A stretch of DNA of 63,785 nt, the filler included, from Octopus bimaculoides (lineage: Eukaryota), in the NCBI RefSeq assembly GCF_001194135.2. It is 8 parts of 8 records of this genome, joined end to end, with 100 filler letters (N's around TTAATTAATTAA, not from the genome) between each part and the next. Parts side by side here need not be neighbours in the genome. Positions count along the whole stretch, not along the records: positions 1 to 14,795 come from NC_068984.1; 7 more parts are not named here. One strand, 5' to 3'. The notes beneath the pieces are model-generated. The model saw only the letters and a list, made by a program, of their open reading frames with translations, ran no database searches and was not told where the DNA came from. This document shows positions 1-14,795 of this stretch, in pieces (the stretch's first letter is position 1; each line of letters begins with the position of its first letter). The translations under genes were made by a program, and so were the position numbers.

Positions 1-385
1 ACACACACACATATATTTCTATATGTATATATATATATATGTTTGTGTGTGGAGGGGGTGCATATATATATATATATATTCATAGTGGTTATGAATATAT
101 GCATGCGTGTGTGTGTGTGTGTGTGTGTGTGTCTGTGTGTACTTAGTAGGTAGGCTGTTGCACTCGCGACCGCCAGATAGATTTCTAGACGGGTTGGTGC
201 GTTGTGCAAAACACTTCATCATAATACTCCATTAATTTCACGTTGCTCCAGCCCCCTCTTTCAGTCAGCCTAGCCAGTGGGGTGGCTTCATTCGAGGACT
301 AAAATGATGCAAAGCGTATTGTGACCAGTGATGTGTAGCAATATCTGGTAATCTAATCATGAATGCGTGATGCATACACACACAC

Positions 386-446
<61 letters not shown>

Positions 447-1721
447 CATATATATTATATATTAGCTAAGACTACAAGATAAATAAAAATTTATTAACAT
501 AAATAAGCAAATGTTGTTGATCTTTACATTTTGTAGATATTTAATATTTTGAAAAACTGTGAACACGGAATAATAGAAAGTTTGCTTTACGCCTATGATG
601 TAACAGACTTCCGTTCTATAGAATGCGTCCAATTCTAATCACTTAATATTTAAATGGCTGTTTCCTTTAGTTATATGTGTGTCTCTGCAAATGTAGTGTG
701 TGTTCACGTGTGTGTGTGTGCGTGCGTGTGTATGTGTGTGTATGTATGTGTTTGCGATTATACGTTAGAAACCGAAATGTTGTTTATTTGTCTTTACTTA
801 TATGTAAATCAAAAGAAAACTGTACATAAAACACTATCATTATTTGAACTTGAATGATGTTGAGAAATAATGAAAACATTTACTATAAGAGGAGACTTTT
901 CTGCTTGAAGTTGTAACGGATTAATGTCTATGATAGATTAATGGAACATCTGAAAGGACAAAACATTATGGCAACCATTTCAAAAGACATTCGAAGAAAT
1001 AATATTATGAAAATAAAACCAAATGACTTAATTCGATTTTAAAAGATGTATAAACAGAAATATGCAAATATTTACTCCGAATTCCACTCTGCAACATTTC
1101 ATGAACTTAGAGAGAAAAAGCAAAAATCATATGAAACTATATTCTGTGTACATGTATACATGCACCTCATATAGACAAGTAAACATTGTAAGCAGAGGAA
1201 ATATACAAAACATTTATTTATATATCGGTATAAAGTACCCCGGTTTATAGAAGTCCAAATGCGTTGTCAATATACATGTTTAATGGTATGTAATAAAATA
1301 TAATCGTATACAAATATACACAAAAATGCACAATTTAGTATATGCATATTTCACCATATTCAGGACTATGTGGATATATAAATGAGCGCTTGAATATGTG
1401 TAAGTATATCTGTTTGTATGTGTAATAACTGTTTGTGTGTGTAATAACTTGGACTGATAGGTATAAGTCGATTATTGGGGTAATGTGTTTAGTAAAGCGC
1501 TGGCATGGTTTGGGCTACCTGGTGTCATCCGCAGTAAGGGTATATTCCGTTAAGATAATGCACGAAGACCAACCCATAAAGAGTAGTAGCAGGGTGGGTT
1601 GAAAATTTCGTCGTACAAAAATGAAGTCTAATACCAAATCTTCCTTCTAGTTACTTAATCAATTACTATTATATATATGTATGTGTGTGAGAGACTGTGT
1701 ATGTATGTATGTATGTATAAA

Positions 1722-1921
1722 AGCGGCGAGCTGGCAAATCCGTTAGCACGCCGGACGAAATGTTTAGCGGTATTTCGTCGAGTTCATATGCCGCCCTTGA
1801 CCACTTTACCTTTCATCATTTCGAGGTCGATAAGCTAAGTACCAGTTACACACTGGGGTCGATGTAATCGACTAATCCCCTCCCCCAAAATTCAGGCCTT
1901 GCGCCTATAATAGAACGGATT
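1722..1921 (+). mobile_element. SINE family A (ggcg.gagctggca..atcgttagc head). Other copies: 26180-26320(+), 28600-28772(-), 30412-30560(-), 32060-32218(-), 45797-46008(+), 46009-46195(+), 50378-50590(+), 50600-50815(+)
   Basis: About nine mutually alignable ~200-bp copies sharing gtcgactttgcctttcatcctttcggggtcgataaa and cactggggtcgatgtaatcgact. Confidence 0.85.
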
Positions 1922-1996
1922 ATATAAGTATGTCTGTGAGTGTATGTGTGTGCGTATAGACGCATGTGTGCGTATAGACCCATGTGTGCATATGTA

Positions 1997-3145
1997 GGAG
2001 GTTTAGCTAAAAAGTTCATAGGAAAACCAAGATATTCTGAAATATGACTGGATTATATTTACATGGATCCCATTGGTGAACATGCATTCATTCATTTCGT
2101 CAAAGTAGTCATCAACTGCAGATGTGACATCATCGTTGCAGTGATACCACTACCCAGCCAAGTGTGTGGCTTTTTTTACATGATGGAGCACAGATGATAA
2201 TCAGATGGAGCCAAATCAGGAGAATAAGCACACTGATCAACTACTTTTAAGCCACAGTCATGCACATCAGGTATTGAAACCAAGGACGTATGTGCTGGAG
2301 CATTGTCCTGATGAAACAAGACACCTTTCGTCAGTTTTCCTGGGCGTTTGGTCTTGATAGCCTTTCGTTAATGCATCAACAATTTGGCATGGTACATTCC
2401 ATTGATATTGTAGCTCTTTGAAGTTAATCAATAAAAACAACGTCTGATATATCCCAAAGGCTGAGGTCATCACATACTCTACAGATGAAACGCCTTCTTT
2501 AACACAGGCGAGGATGAGTATTTCCACGGCCTGGATTGTCTCTTTATCTCTGGCTCAAAGTGATCACTCTAAAACTCGTCTAACTTGCTGGATCTGTCTC
2601 AAGCAATGTTGGATTTTACCTGTGATGTCATCAACCTGGTGGTCAGGTGTAAGAAGACTTAGCTCCCACCGAGCAGAAACTTTCGTTATGCTACGTTCAT
2701 TCTGCGGAATACTTTCGAGCCATTGGATATTTGATTTATAATCAGTCGCCTGTCATCATCCATTTCCATGTGGTGAACGCAATTAATGTTTTACTCGGTT
2801 GCGGGGTGTGGCATGTTGTCCATATCTTGGATCATCTTCAAGACTTTCCCTTCCTCTCTTAAATTCAGCTGGCCGGTTTTGAAATGTCAATAAAACCTGA
2901 GAGTCATCTCCTAATTTATCAACCAGGTCAGCTTGAACGCCCTTGGGGTCTAAACCATTTATATGCAAGTACTTGAAAACACCGTTTAAGAGAAGTTGCT
3001 ACTAGATATCTTTGAAGTCTTCTTTGAACAGGCACGTGATAGCATACCTGGAACCAAATAATTAGATGTATTAATGCATACAAGTTTTCACAGCTCAAGC
3101 ATCATTCCTTCATAATCAGCCTATGAATTATTCACCCCACCCTTG
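1997..3145 (-). mobile_element. Decayed mariner DNA transposon, near full length
   Basis: TA-flanked degenerate TIRs sharing TTCATAGG (1997-2030 and 3112-3145). Transposase N-terminal remnant GLDPKGVQADLVDKLGDDSQ...AEFKRGRESLEDDPRYG. Many stops. Confidence 0.85.
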
Positions 3146-3181
<36 letters not shown>

Positions 3182-3272
3182 TGTGTGTGTGTTGTGTGTG
3201 TGTGTGTGTGTGTGTGTCTGCGTGTGTGTGTGTGTATGTGTGTGTGAGTGTATGTTTATGTATATATGTACA

Positions 3273-3990
3273 CAGGGTGCGGATGGTTATTGAGGACAGA
3301 TTTATGGTTTACAAAAGACGTCTATTTAATAACAGAAAAAGCTATACTTTTATAAAAAATGATATCAACATAAAGCTATATTATCAATTTAATAATTTCA
3401 TTCGATAAAACCATCATAAGCATCAATAACTACCTCTAAGCGGGATCGAAATCGTTTACAAGCTCCGATTAAGCGGTCCTTGTTCATTTCAGACATAACT
3501 CGAACTATAGCGGCTTTCAAAGAATCTTTGGTGCTATTGGGGTGTTCATTGACATTTTTCTCAACGAATATCCAGTGGATTGAGATCTCAGAAATTAGGA
3601 GGCCAAATGTTGGGTATGATATGATCATGCGAATTGTCTGCCACCATTCTCGTATCACTTGAGCCTTGTGTCTTCCATTGCATACACTGTGATACAAGGC
3701 TTAACAACTCTATTCAAATCCTCAATATGCGCAGCAGCATTCACTTTAAGTCTTTGTGAGGAGACGTCGTATGTCCTTCATTGCTAACAACACCCAAAAT
3801 CATGACACTTGCAGTAAATTTTGTGTGCATCACACGTGGAACATCAGACAGGTCTGTCACATTTACTAATTTTCTGGTCCTGGTCAAAGTTTTTCTCAAC
3901 TGAGAAAAACAAAATCACAGCGTCCTCTGATGGATTTTTAAGTTTGTTCAAAAATCTTTTGGATCTTATTGAACGGTTTTCTTTTTTTTT
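3273..3990 (-). mobile_element. Tc1/mariner superfamily (maT/DD37D-like) transposase remnant, 3' half
   Basis: LNKLKNP..ILFFSVEKNFDQDQK, VMHTKFTASVMILGVVSNEGH and KDSLKAAIVRVMSEMNKDRLIGACKRFRSRLEVVIDAYDGFIE. Terminal CAGGGTG at about 3273. Truncated by a gap. Confidence 0.85.
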
Positions 3991-6900
3991 TTTTTTTTTN
4001 NNNNNNNNNNNNNNNNNNNNNNNNNNNNNNNNNNNNNNNNNNNNNNNNNNNNNNNNNNNNNNNNNNNNNNNNNNNNNNNNNNNNNNNNNNNNNNNNNNNN
4101 NNNNNNNNNNNNNNNNNNNNNNNNNNNNNNNNNNNNNNNNNNNNNNNNNNNNNNNNNNNNNNNNNNNNNNNNNNNNNNNNNNNNNNNNNNNNNNNNNNNN
4201 NNNNNNNNNNNNNNNNNNNNNNNNNNNNNNNNNNNNNNNNNNNNNNNNNNNNNNNNNNNNNNNNNNNNNNNNNNNNNNNNNNNNNNNNNNNNNNNNNNNN
4301 NNNNNNNNNNNNNNNNNNNNNNNNNNNNNNNNNNNNNNNNNNNNNNNNNNNNNNNNNNNNNNNNNNNNNNNNNNNNNNNNNNNNNNNNNNNNNNNNNNNN
4401 NNNNNNNNNNNNNNNNNNNNNNNNNNNNNNNNNNNNNNNNNNNNNNNNNNNNNNNNNNNNNNNNNNNNNNNNNNNNNNNNNNNNNNNNNNNNNNNNNNNN
4501 NNNNNNNNNNNNNNNNNNNNNNNNNNNNNNNNNNNNNNNNNNNNNNNNNNNNNNNNNNNNNNNNNNNNNNNNNNNNNNNNNNNNNNNNNNNNNNNNNNNN
4601 NNNNNNNNNNNNNNNNNNNNNNNNNNNNNNNNNNNNNNNNNNNNNNNNNNNNNNNNNNNNNNNNNNNNNNNNNNNNNNNNNNNNNNNNNNNNNNNNNNNN
4701 NNNNNNNNNNNNNNNNNNNNNNNNNNNNNNNNNNNNNNNNNNNNNNNNNNNNNNNNNNNNNNNNNNNNNNNNNNNNNNNNNNNNNNNNNNNNNNNNNNNN
4801 NNNNNNNNNNNNNNNNNNNNNNNNNNNNNNNNNNNNNNNNNNNNNNNNNNNNNNNNNNNNNNNNNNNNNNNNNNNNNNGTATGTATATACACGGCACTCA
4901 CACACAAACACACTCACATACACGCACACACACGCTCACACACACATGCATGTATAACACGCACATACACAACCTAAGCCTTTAAACGTGAGCGAGTTAG
5001 GCATCACTGCTTTTACGACGCTTTCTCTGTTACGTGTGCCTATTTTGTCGTAGCAAACACGTTGTCTTCTAGACCATGAAATGCGGAGAATATTTCAAAA
5101 GAACAAGAGAAAATGCAATTTTCTTCATTTTCATGATGCATTTTGAAAATGCGTGCATGCACATACATATGCATACTTAAAAACAGAAAGACATACAAAT
5201 ACAGCCATACATGCAAACAAATGTATATTCACGTCTGCTTACACGAACGTATTTCCTCATATTGGAGGCTTAATGTTTTCGTAGCAGACATTTTTATCAA
5301 CACAGCAATAGCAATATATCCGCCCCCTAGGACTACACATGTTAAGCACATCTTTTTGTCGGGTGATAATATCGGTTTATCTATAGTTAGAATGTAATTG
5401 GCAAAAACTTATCTTTCGGAGATATATATGTGGAATATTTAACAAAATACCTGAAGCTGTTATTCTATATACTATTCATTTCAAAATTTCCGTAAGCACA
5501 TAGTAATTTGGAATGAAGCTATATTCTTGATGACATCAGTAAATCTCTATTACAATTAAGTTTCATTTATACTTATCGTGGCATACACATATACATTCAT
5601 TCACAGATATACACACATTATATATATATATATATATATATATANNNNNNNNNNNNNNNNNNNNNNNNNNNNNNNNNNNNNNNNNNNNNNNNNNNNNNNN
5701 NNNNNNNNNNNNNNNNNNNNNNNNNNNNNNNNNNNNNNNNNNNNNNNNNNNNNNNNNNNNNNNNNNNNNNNNNNNNNNNNNNNNNNNNNNNNNNNNNNNN
5801 NNNNNNNNNNNNNNNNNNNNNNNNNNNNNNNNNNNNNNNNNNNNNNNNNNNNNNNNNNNNNNNNNNNNNNNNNNNNNNNNNNNNNNNNNNNNNNNNNNNN
5901 NNNNNNNNNNNNNNNNNNNNNNNNNNNNNNNNNNNNNNNNNNNNNNNNNNNNNNNNNNNNNNNNNNNNNNNNNNNNNNNNNNNNNNNNNNNNNNNNNNNN
6001 NNNNNNNNNNNNNNNNNNNNNNNNNNNNNNNNNNNNNNNNNNNNNNNNNNNNNNNNNNNNNNNNNNNNNNNNNNNNNNNNNNNNNNNNNNNNNNNNNNNN
6101 NNNNNNNNNNNNNNNNNNNNNNNNNNNNNNNNNNNNNNNNNNNNNNNNNNNNNNNNNNNNNNNNNNNNNNNNNNNNNNNNNNNNNNNNNNNNNNNNNNNN
6201 NNNNNNNNNNNNNNNNNNNNNNNNNNNNNNNNNNNNNNNNNNNNNNNNNNNNNNNNNNNNNNNNNNNNNNNNNNNNNNNNNNNNNNNNNNNNNNNNNNNN
6301 NNNNNNNNNNNNNNNNNNNNNNNNNNNNNNNNNNNNNNNNNNNNNNNNNNNNNNNNNNNNNNNNNNNNNNNNNNNNNNNNNNNNNATTGGTACTGGGTTT
6401 TCAAAAAAATTTGACAATTTTTTTTTTCTAATCAGTGAATTATATAGTGAACAAGTCATTAACTTAGGACTTTAAATTCATGGAAATATCCTGTGACGCT
6501 GTTCTTCGAAAGAGCATAAACAGAGACTATCAATATGAAAGCATATGAAGTTCTTTAGACAATGTTTACATTTATTTAAGCACATACAAATTCAAAAACG
6601 TTTCAGCCTTGGAGATATCTCTAATTTTCAGATATAGTAGTATATAGAGAACTATACTATCCAACAGGCCATTCCTTCGGTAAATTAACAGATCATGATT
6701 TTTTCAACCATTACAATGAAAATTTCATACGGAGAACCAGTAGGATTAGTTTATAACTTTGCCACAGAATATTTCCTAGTTAATATTGTTCATTGGCTCT
6801 AACAATTAAGGTTTTTACTCTAACCATCAATTTTTATTGTAAATATTGAATTGAATAAGTTTTTTAAGAATGAGAATATGTAGGGACAGAAATATTTCGA

Positions 6901-7677
6901 CCTCTTTCTAAGAGGAAAACAATGTATTCTGCTAAGAGTTAAGTTGGGAAAAATATACCAAAGAAGGAGTCAGAGTTGAAACACATTAACCGATCATCTG
7001 CCATTTTATTTCAAATGTATTTATGTGAAAAATATAATACACACACATACGCATGCACATATATATAAATGTTATAGTTGCTGATACATATATATATATA
7101 TATAATACAGTATCAGGAACTATAACATAATCACACTCCTATATATCGTCTATAATATGAAGACATCAGACAACATTCTTGCAAATTCTAGTGATAGTTA
7201 CATTATCTCTTGAAGAACAAAGGAGTTAAAGTTTTCAAAACACAATGTAAATTCCTCAGAGACTTGCTTTATATTGCTTTACCTATTCTTCATATTGTCT
7301 AATGCATTTGAATATTGCAATTCCTCAAATAGATATTATATCTCATGGGAATAGAGTATTTCCGAACACTAACAGTTACAAAAGGTCATATTTTAAGCTT
7401 CAATTGGCAAGTCTTAATCATAGTTTATTATGTGAGATGAATCTGTTTCGGCAATGTAATATACATATATGAATACCGTGGTATGTGCTTACCTATGTTA
7501 TATTCTATGTTTGTGTATGTATACAATTTCAAGGGATATATTTATATATGTGTATGTGTGTGTACGCGTGTGTGCGTGTGGGCGTGTGTGTGTGTATATG
7601 TGCATTTATATGTATATATAAAGGTATATGTATGAATACACACAAACATATAAACATCTATAGATGTATATATAAAT

Positions 7678-7735
<58 letters not shown>

Positions 7736-7849
7736 NNNNNNNNNNNNNNNNNNNNNNNNNNNNNNNNNNNNNNNNNNNNNNNNNNNNNNNNNNNNNNNNN
7801 NNNNNNNNNNNNNNNNNNNNNNNNNNNNNNNNNNNNNNNNNNNNNNNNN

Positions 7850-7883
<34 letters not shown>

Positions 7884-8074
7884 CATACATATGTACATAG
7901 ACACATATATGTGGCAGAGGTATGTATCAGCCCTGTGTTTGAGTGCGCGTGAGATTTTGTGCTATATTGTGTGACACACGCATAGATATCATAAAATGCA
8001 TACACAAGCAATGCGCACAAGCGCACCCTCACGTATGTAGCTATGCACATGTAAATGCGTATACACACACATAC

Positions 8075-8151
<77 letters not shown>

Positions 8152-8218
8152 NNNNNNNNNNTATATATATATATATATATACATGCATACATATGACGAT
8201 AAGGAGATATGTATTCGT

Positions 8219-8249
<31 letters not shown>

Positions 8250-9899
8250 ATGTGTGGTGTGTGTATTTATATATGTATGTATACATGCATGTATGCAATG
8301 TGTGTGTATGTATGCATGTATATATTTATGCATATATGTAGGTATGCATACAAGGATATGTATGCATGTATGTAAGTATCTATATGAAGATATAAATTAT
8401 AGTTACGTATTTGTGTGTGTATATGTCTTGCACCAGCAACTAGTAGAATTTATTAGTAGAACATTTATAGTTTCTTTGAAATCTTGTATGACTAAACGAC
8501 AGCAAACCTAATACATGATATATCCATATAGATATATTTAGATAAACACTTCCATATTACTCTGAAGACATTGATTTACAGACCTATGCCCAGTGAATTA
8601 ATATATGAGTTAAATGACGCAAATTATATTGATACAAATATCAATAAAGTTACTTTTCTATATAATTCATCGCAATCGTCTCTACGTTCAACATATTGCT
8701 ACGCAGCCTACAGAATTTCGAACAGATGTTTCATACTGCTAAGTAGTTTGACTAAGCTTATTTTGTGACACGGTGTATCGTTTTAGTTTGAGACTTTTTT
8801 TGCTGTACCTATGCTATTACTACGAATGTTGTTTTCGAAGTTATTATTATTGTGGTTATCATAGTTGTTTATCTTTTAGCTGCTGGAAGACTGGACAAAA
8901 ACTTTATAAGTACAATTGACTCGGCCCGATGTTACTCTTGTCTCGCTTGAGACACTGCAGTGCAGGAAAATTTTACAGATGCGCTGGGGGAAAATGGTAT
9001 TAAACAGTATTTGCATAACTAATTAGTTTTAGTCTTCATTAATATTTTGATCTTCATTAATTTTCATTAATTTGTAGTCTAGATGCTATTCTGTTATTCT
9101 ATATTTTATTGATGTAATGTGTTATGTACAAAATGTCTTGTTAAGGAGCTGAATCTGTCGGCAGTAATCTTTTTTGGGCGCAGTTAGGTTTGTTGAATGG
9201 ATGTTAGCGAACAAAAAAATTATAGTTTGAAAAGCAACAGCTTAACGTACCTTACATTAATTTACACTGAATGTGATGTGTGAAAAAATTTCTACTATAC
9301 CTTGGATGTAGTGTGACTACAGAGCGATTTCCTCACGTGAGAACTTGTGTGAAAATTATCATACTACACATATACGCTTTGTTCTCTGTTTTATAGCTCT
9401 CCAATATCTACAAGGCAGTATTATTGACACGTTTTATACAATCTGGGCTAACGGGCTAATCACTTCTTTGTTTCTCAACGCTGTAGATGTAGTAGTTTAA
9501 TTGTTATTATACATATCATTAATACAGTACGAATTACCTTATGCCTGGACCGCAAAGACGTGATCATCGCTGACAGAAAATGTAGGCCCATAGGTATACT
9601 TAATCATGGGTGGCCTCGAACTATACAGCAACATCTACAAGAATAATTCTTTGGTTTGGAAGTCTTGATGAGATATTGAACTGTTGTTTTAATTTTACAA
9701 GAATCCATTAAACAAACATGCAAACATTATTAAGTATTTGAGCATTTTATGAGGCCGAACAAAGCTATAATTTTTCATAGTAATAGAATATTTATGAATA
9801 TACACATCCAATGTTTGAGGGATAGGATGTGTTTATGATATATTTATATGAGAGTGCAGCAGTATGATTGTGTGGGTATATGTATACGTACACACACGG

Positions 9900-10125
9900 C
9901 AAGCAGATGAGAATTGCTCTTTCAAAATTTTGGAAAATATCTCATCTATGGAGAACAAAATACAAGCAAACAAGTCTTATAAAAAGGCTACAAAATTCTA
10001 TTTTTCCCATCATCACAGATGCATTAGGCTACGTAGCAAGAGCTCTGCCTAAACAGCTAAGAAATGAGTTCTCAAGAAAAGAACACAGAAGGCTTATCCG
10101 AATTTGCCAGATAAATTCGATGTGA
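9900..10125 (+). mobile_element. Old RTE-like LINE remnant (post-RT region)
   Basis: RIALSKFWKISHLWRTK...KRLQNSIFPIITDA...HRRLIRI resembles the RIA.A..F..L..IW....KLRL....IFPI..YG...RRMLRI segment of RTE-type ORF2. Confidence 0.5.
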
Positions 10126-10629
10126 GGAATAATAATAATATATAAAATATTTCAGAGACTCTCCATTTGAGTGTCCTGAACGAATTCATGCACACACTCA
10201 AATATACACCTGAATACATATGAACACAGACATAAGCAATAATGAAACACACACTTGTGTTTTGTGGTGGAACTCACACTGAATATATCCATACGCTCAC
10301 ACATATACAAAATACACATTCATATGTCAACTAATCCAGTGAACCACACGCTTAAACAAAACCGGCTTGACTTAAACAAAACCACTCTACCAGTTTGTTA
10401 GAGAACCTCCTGGAATTCTGAATAGAAAGAAAACCTGAAAATAAATTCCTCCAAAATATCATACATTCATACAAGCATACATACATACATTTAAGATACA
10501 TGGTGATTCTCACCTCGTTGACGAATATGACCATAGCTAACAAAATATATTATCCTAGGGATTAAGGACTGTGCCTTTTATTAATGACCGGGCTGAAACC
10601 GAAAGTCAATAACAGCTTGTATAGCACTG

Positions 10630-10892
10630 CTATGACTCTTCTAGAAAACCAAGTAGTTCAGAGGCGAGTGTTATTTTGGAATTTCCTTTTCGTAGAGAGG
10701 TAGTGAGACAAACACTAGTGTCTCCCGTTCCCAAGTGTTGGATAAGCGTTGAATTTACCAAGTCCATCCGTCCATTGACAGGATTTGCTTTACGTCCTAC
10801 AGGCTGTCCGTTGAAAAACACCCTTCTTACGAAGCGGGCTTGGTAAAGACTCCGATTTAGTTGCTGAGAACCCGGCCATGCGACAGGCTGTA
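10630..10892 (-). CDS. Candidate exon (possibly terminal) of a minus-strand gene
   Basis: Acceptor ctactgttacttttaacatgtaatccag at 10893 and higher GC than flanks. One frame is open to TAG at 10630 (QPVAWPGSQQ...LLGFLEES). Internal donor GTAAGA at 10830 and AATAAA at 10582-10577. Frame is ambiguous. Confidence 0.4.
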
Positions 10893-11155
10893 CTGGATTA
10901 CATGTTAAAAGTAACAGTAGAAGTAGCCTCTGATAACAGTAATGTATGCATACATATGCGTATATGTAATTGTATGCACGCAGAAAAGCCTGAATTTTAG
11001 ACCTAATTATGTAAGTGATGCTCCATTCCGGTTTCGTCTTGTTTTATCAATATTGTTTTCCATGTGTTCCCGAATCCTATAATCTTACATTGCCCTTTCT
11101 AGATACTCATAGTTTCACTTTCTGAATGAGGTGCTTTGGGATTATATTAAGAATT

Positions 11156-11205
<50 letters not shown>

Positions 11206-11881
11206 NNNNNNNNNNNNNNNNNNNNNNNNNNNNNNNNNNNNNNNNNNNNNNNNNNNNNNNNNNNNNNNNNNNNNNNNNNNNNNNNNNNNNNNNNNNNNNN
11301 NNNNNNNNNNNNNNNNNNNNNNNNNNNNNNNNNNNNNNNNNNNNNNNNNNNNNNNNNNNNNNNNNNNNNNNNNNNNNNNNNNNNNNNNNNNNNNNNNNNN
11401 NNNNNNNNNNNNNNNNNNNNNNNNNNNNNNNNNNNNNNNNNNNNNNNNNNNNNNNNNNNNNNNNNNNNNNNNNNNNNNNNNNNNNNNNNNNNNNNNNNNN
11501 NNNNNNNNNNNNNNNNNNNNNNNNNNNNNNNNNNNNNNNNNNNNNNNNNNNNNNNNNNNNNNNNNNNNNNNNNNNNNNNNNNNNNNNNNNNNNNNNNNNN
11601 NNNNNNNNNNNNNNNNNNNNNNNNNNNNNNNNNNNNNNNNNNNNNNNNNNNNNNNNNNNNNNNNNNNNNNNNNNNNNNNNNNNNNNNNNNNNNNNNNNNN
11701 NNNNNNNNNNNNNNNNNNNNNNNNNNNNNNNNNNNNNNNNNNNNNNNNNNNNNNTATATATATATATATATATATATACAAGTAAATATCTATTCATATA
11801 TATTTCTGCATATTATATAAGAACACTCACACACATATATACCCACACAAACAGGCGCGTACGCACACACACATGTATATG

Positions 11882-11916
<35 letters not shown>

Positions 11917-12613
11917 GTAAAGGGAGAAGGAGAAGGACAGAAAGAATGAACGATATGAAATATGGGTAATATTTTTCATAGAAATATTCTTTAGGTAATT
12001 TGTATGCGGAGTAAAAGGAAGGCGATATAGAATTGAAAAATATCTATTTCCATCATTCGTTCTCACGACTATTTCACACTTAACATCCTATCCGTTTCTT
12101 TTTTTCTCTTTTATAGCATTTTACGTGCTTCCTATTTTTTTTAAACTTCTTTCGTTATTTCCTCCTCGTTTAGCTATCGATTTCTTTCCTACCTTTATTG
12201 TTGTTGACTTTTTTCTTGATTATTTCCTAACGTTTTGTTAAATTTCATATTTTCCAAGGTGCCAGGTTACTGGTGCCAAATGTCTGCCCAAAATCTATCT
12301 GGCAAGTCAGATGCACACAAAAATTATTTTACAGCTCCGTAGTTCCTCTTTGCTAAATAATTGTTCTCGAGCCATCAATATAAAACTATTTTTCCAAAAG
12401 AGGCTAGAACTTACTTTGTTCTTTCGTGTTTAATTTATTTACAGTCAGGTCATGCTAACAACATATCTTGGCTGTCCTGAAAAGCTGTCTCACACTATAC
12501 GTTTTTCTGATATTTTCGTTTTGTTTCTCTTTTCTTTTTTTTTTTTTTCGCTTCTATCCTTTTATTTCACTTCTGCACTTCTTTTAGATTTACTCTCTCA
12601 ACAATACAGGCAT

Positions 12614-12649
<36 letters not shown>

Positions 12650-12809
12650 NNNNNNNNNNNNNNNNNNNNNNNNNNNNNNNNNNNNNNNNNNNNNNNNNNN
12701 NNNNNNNNNNNNNNNNNNNNNNNNNNNNNNNNNNNNNNNNNNNNNNNNNNNNNNNNNNNNNNNNNNNNNNNNNNNNNNNNNNNNNNNNNNNNNNNNNNNN
12801 NNNNNNNNN

Positions 12810-12876
<67 letters not shown>

Positions 12877-13201
12877 GTGCTAAAGATATATACATATATA
12901 TACATACATATATGATGTGCATATATTTGACTGTTTATGTGTTCATCAATCTTATGTAGTAATTATATGTATGCTTATTATTATTATTAATATTATTATT
13001 ATCATCATCATCATCATCACCATCGTTATTATTACAAAATAGATAGATGGATCATTGTATGGATAGGTGGAGCTTTTATTCTGTTTCTCCAGATAAGTTT
13101 CGTTTTGTTTTCCAAGCGTCTACTACTTTCCACTACGCAGCATTTTTCATATGAAAAATACACCATTCTACAATTATGAGAACTATAACTTTTTTCATAA
13201 C

Positions 13202-13271
13202 CTCCTTTGATACTGTCATTAGTTTTGTCATAGCAGGAAGGAAAGTGCATTTTGGTAGTGTCACAGAATTT
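13202..13271 (-). CDS. Candidate small exon
   Basis: Acceptor atttcgcctgtttcttacag and donor GAG|GTTATG. Two frames open (NSVTLPKCTFLPAMTKLMTVSKE or KFCDTTKMHFPSCYDKTNDSIKG). Confidence 0.3.
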
Positions 13272-14533
13272 CTGTAAGAAACAGGCGAAATATTTTGAAA
13301 TACTCGGTCAACAGACCTGTTTCTAATGTTTGCAGCTGTAAAGATTCTGTAGGTGTATGGTTGTACGTATTAAATCATTATCATATAGAGCTATTACAAG
13401 CTCATTCAGTGTTCCACATTCAATACACAACTACAATATTAAGAAAAATGTGGACGTGCTGTATACTAATGAATTATATTATATGGGTAAATCCTAGTGT
13501 GTATGGGATTATATTTGCTTGAATTCAGTTCTAAGTTTAGATGTCGGACCCGAAAAAATATGCATCTCTCAAAATTACAAGAGAGAGGGTGCAGTTAATG
13601 GTGTTGCGCCCCGATATCACCAAGAATATTTTGTTTTATTTTCTTCGTCGATACACAATTTTAATTATTATGTTTCAAATACATTCCGAGAAAAAGATCT
13701 TTTTTTAAACGGGATTTTTCTTCTAATTTTTTTGCCTGAGGACTGTAGCTTTAAAATGCATCTTTTACAGAAATGGCATATTTGTATGTGTGTATGTATG
13801 AGAAAAACGCCACTATTTCATACGCTCTATGTAACAGAGCTTAATCAAGGATGGCTTTTCTTATCTGGCACCAATGAAAATATATATGTTTGAAATAATT
13901 GCAAGTAGTATTGAGTGTCTTTGGAGAACCCGAGAATAAAAGGTTGTATTTGTGTACGTGTATATTCTTTCATATATGATGTTCGGTTATACCTATAGTA
14001 ATTTTGAATTTCATAGTTTATGAAATTTCAGAGTTTATATAGTATAGCTATATGACACTTCTGAAAATTATCATCTGGCCTATCAGGTTATCAGAAAACA
14101 AATACATTTGGTGGAAATCAAATGAGCGCGCATAGCAAGAAACTTAAATCATTGCATCACTACTATTATAAATGGCGATAGTTTTATACCTTCAAGGATT
14201 ATGCAATATAAGTGTATTCTTTTGGAAATATAAAACACTATACCCGTTAATGTAACTGCTTTATTCAGCAACTAGAGTATGATGACATGCACTTACATAT
14301 GCTGGTTAACGTGGCAAAATTCTTTAATAATAAAATTTAATTTTTGAGCTTTCTATAAAATGTTAGCTCTTTTACATATTGTATATTAAACTAAGTGACA
14401 TACACAACTACATCAATTTTTTCTAATAATAAATAGACTTCACTCAGAATCAATTTTTTAGTGGAGCATTCACAGTCCTTTGAGCGCCCATTTCAAGAGC
14501 AGCTATGATACATCAAAACCTGCCTAAATTCAC

Positions 14534-14566
14534 TGCGGTGATAATGACAACTCTCTCACAGGTTTT
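14534..14566 (-). CDS. Candidate micro-exon (KPVRELSLSP)
   Basis: Acceptor atttttctcttag and donor CA|GTGAAT. 33 nt, phase 2-2. Confidence 0.25.
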
Positions 14567-14762
14567 CTAAGAGAAAAATAAGCTACGATTCATCAAATTT
14601 TTATCCCTCAAACCTGAAATATATTTGCAAACATCTCACTTCAGTGAGCTGCAAAGTGTATTGAGTAATGAACAATATATGTATTTAGAGATAAGGCTGC
14701 TCTATTATGAAATCATTGAAAAAAAGATTAATGATGACTTCTCAAGATTTAGTGATTTGAAC

Positions 14763-14795
<33 letters not shown>

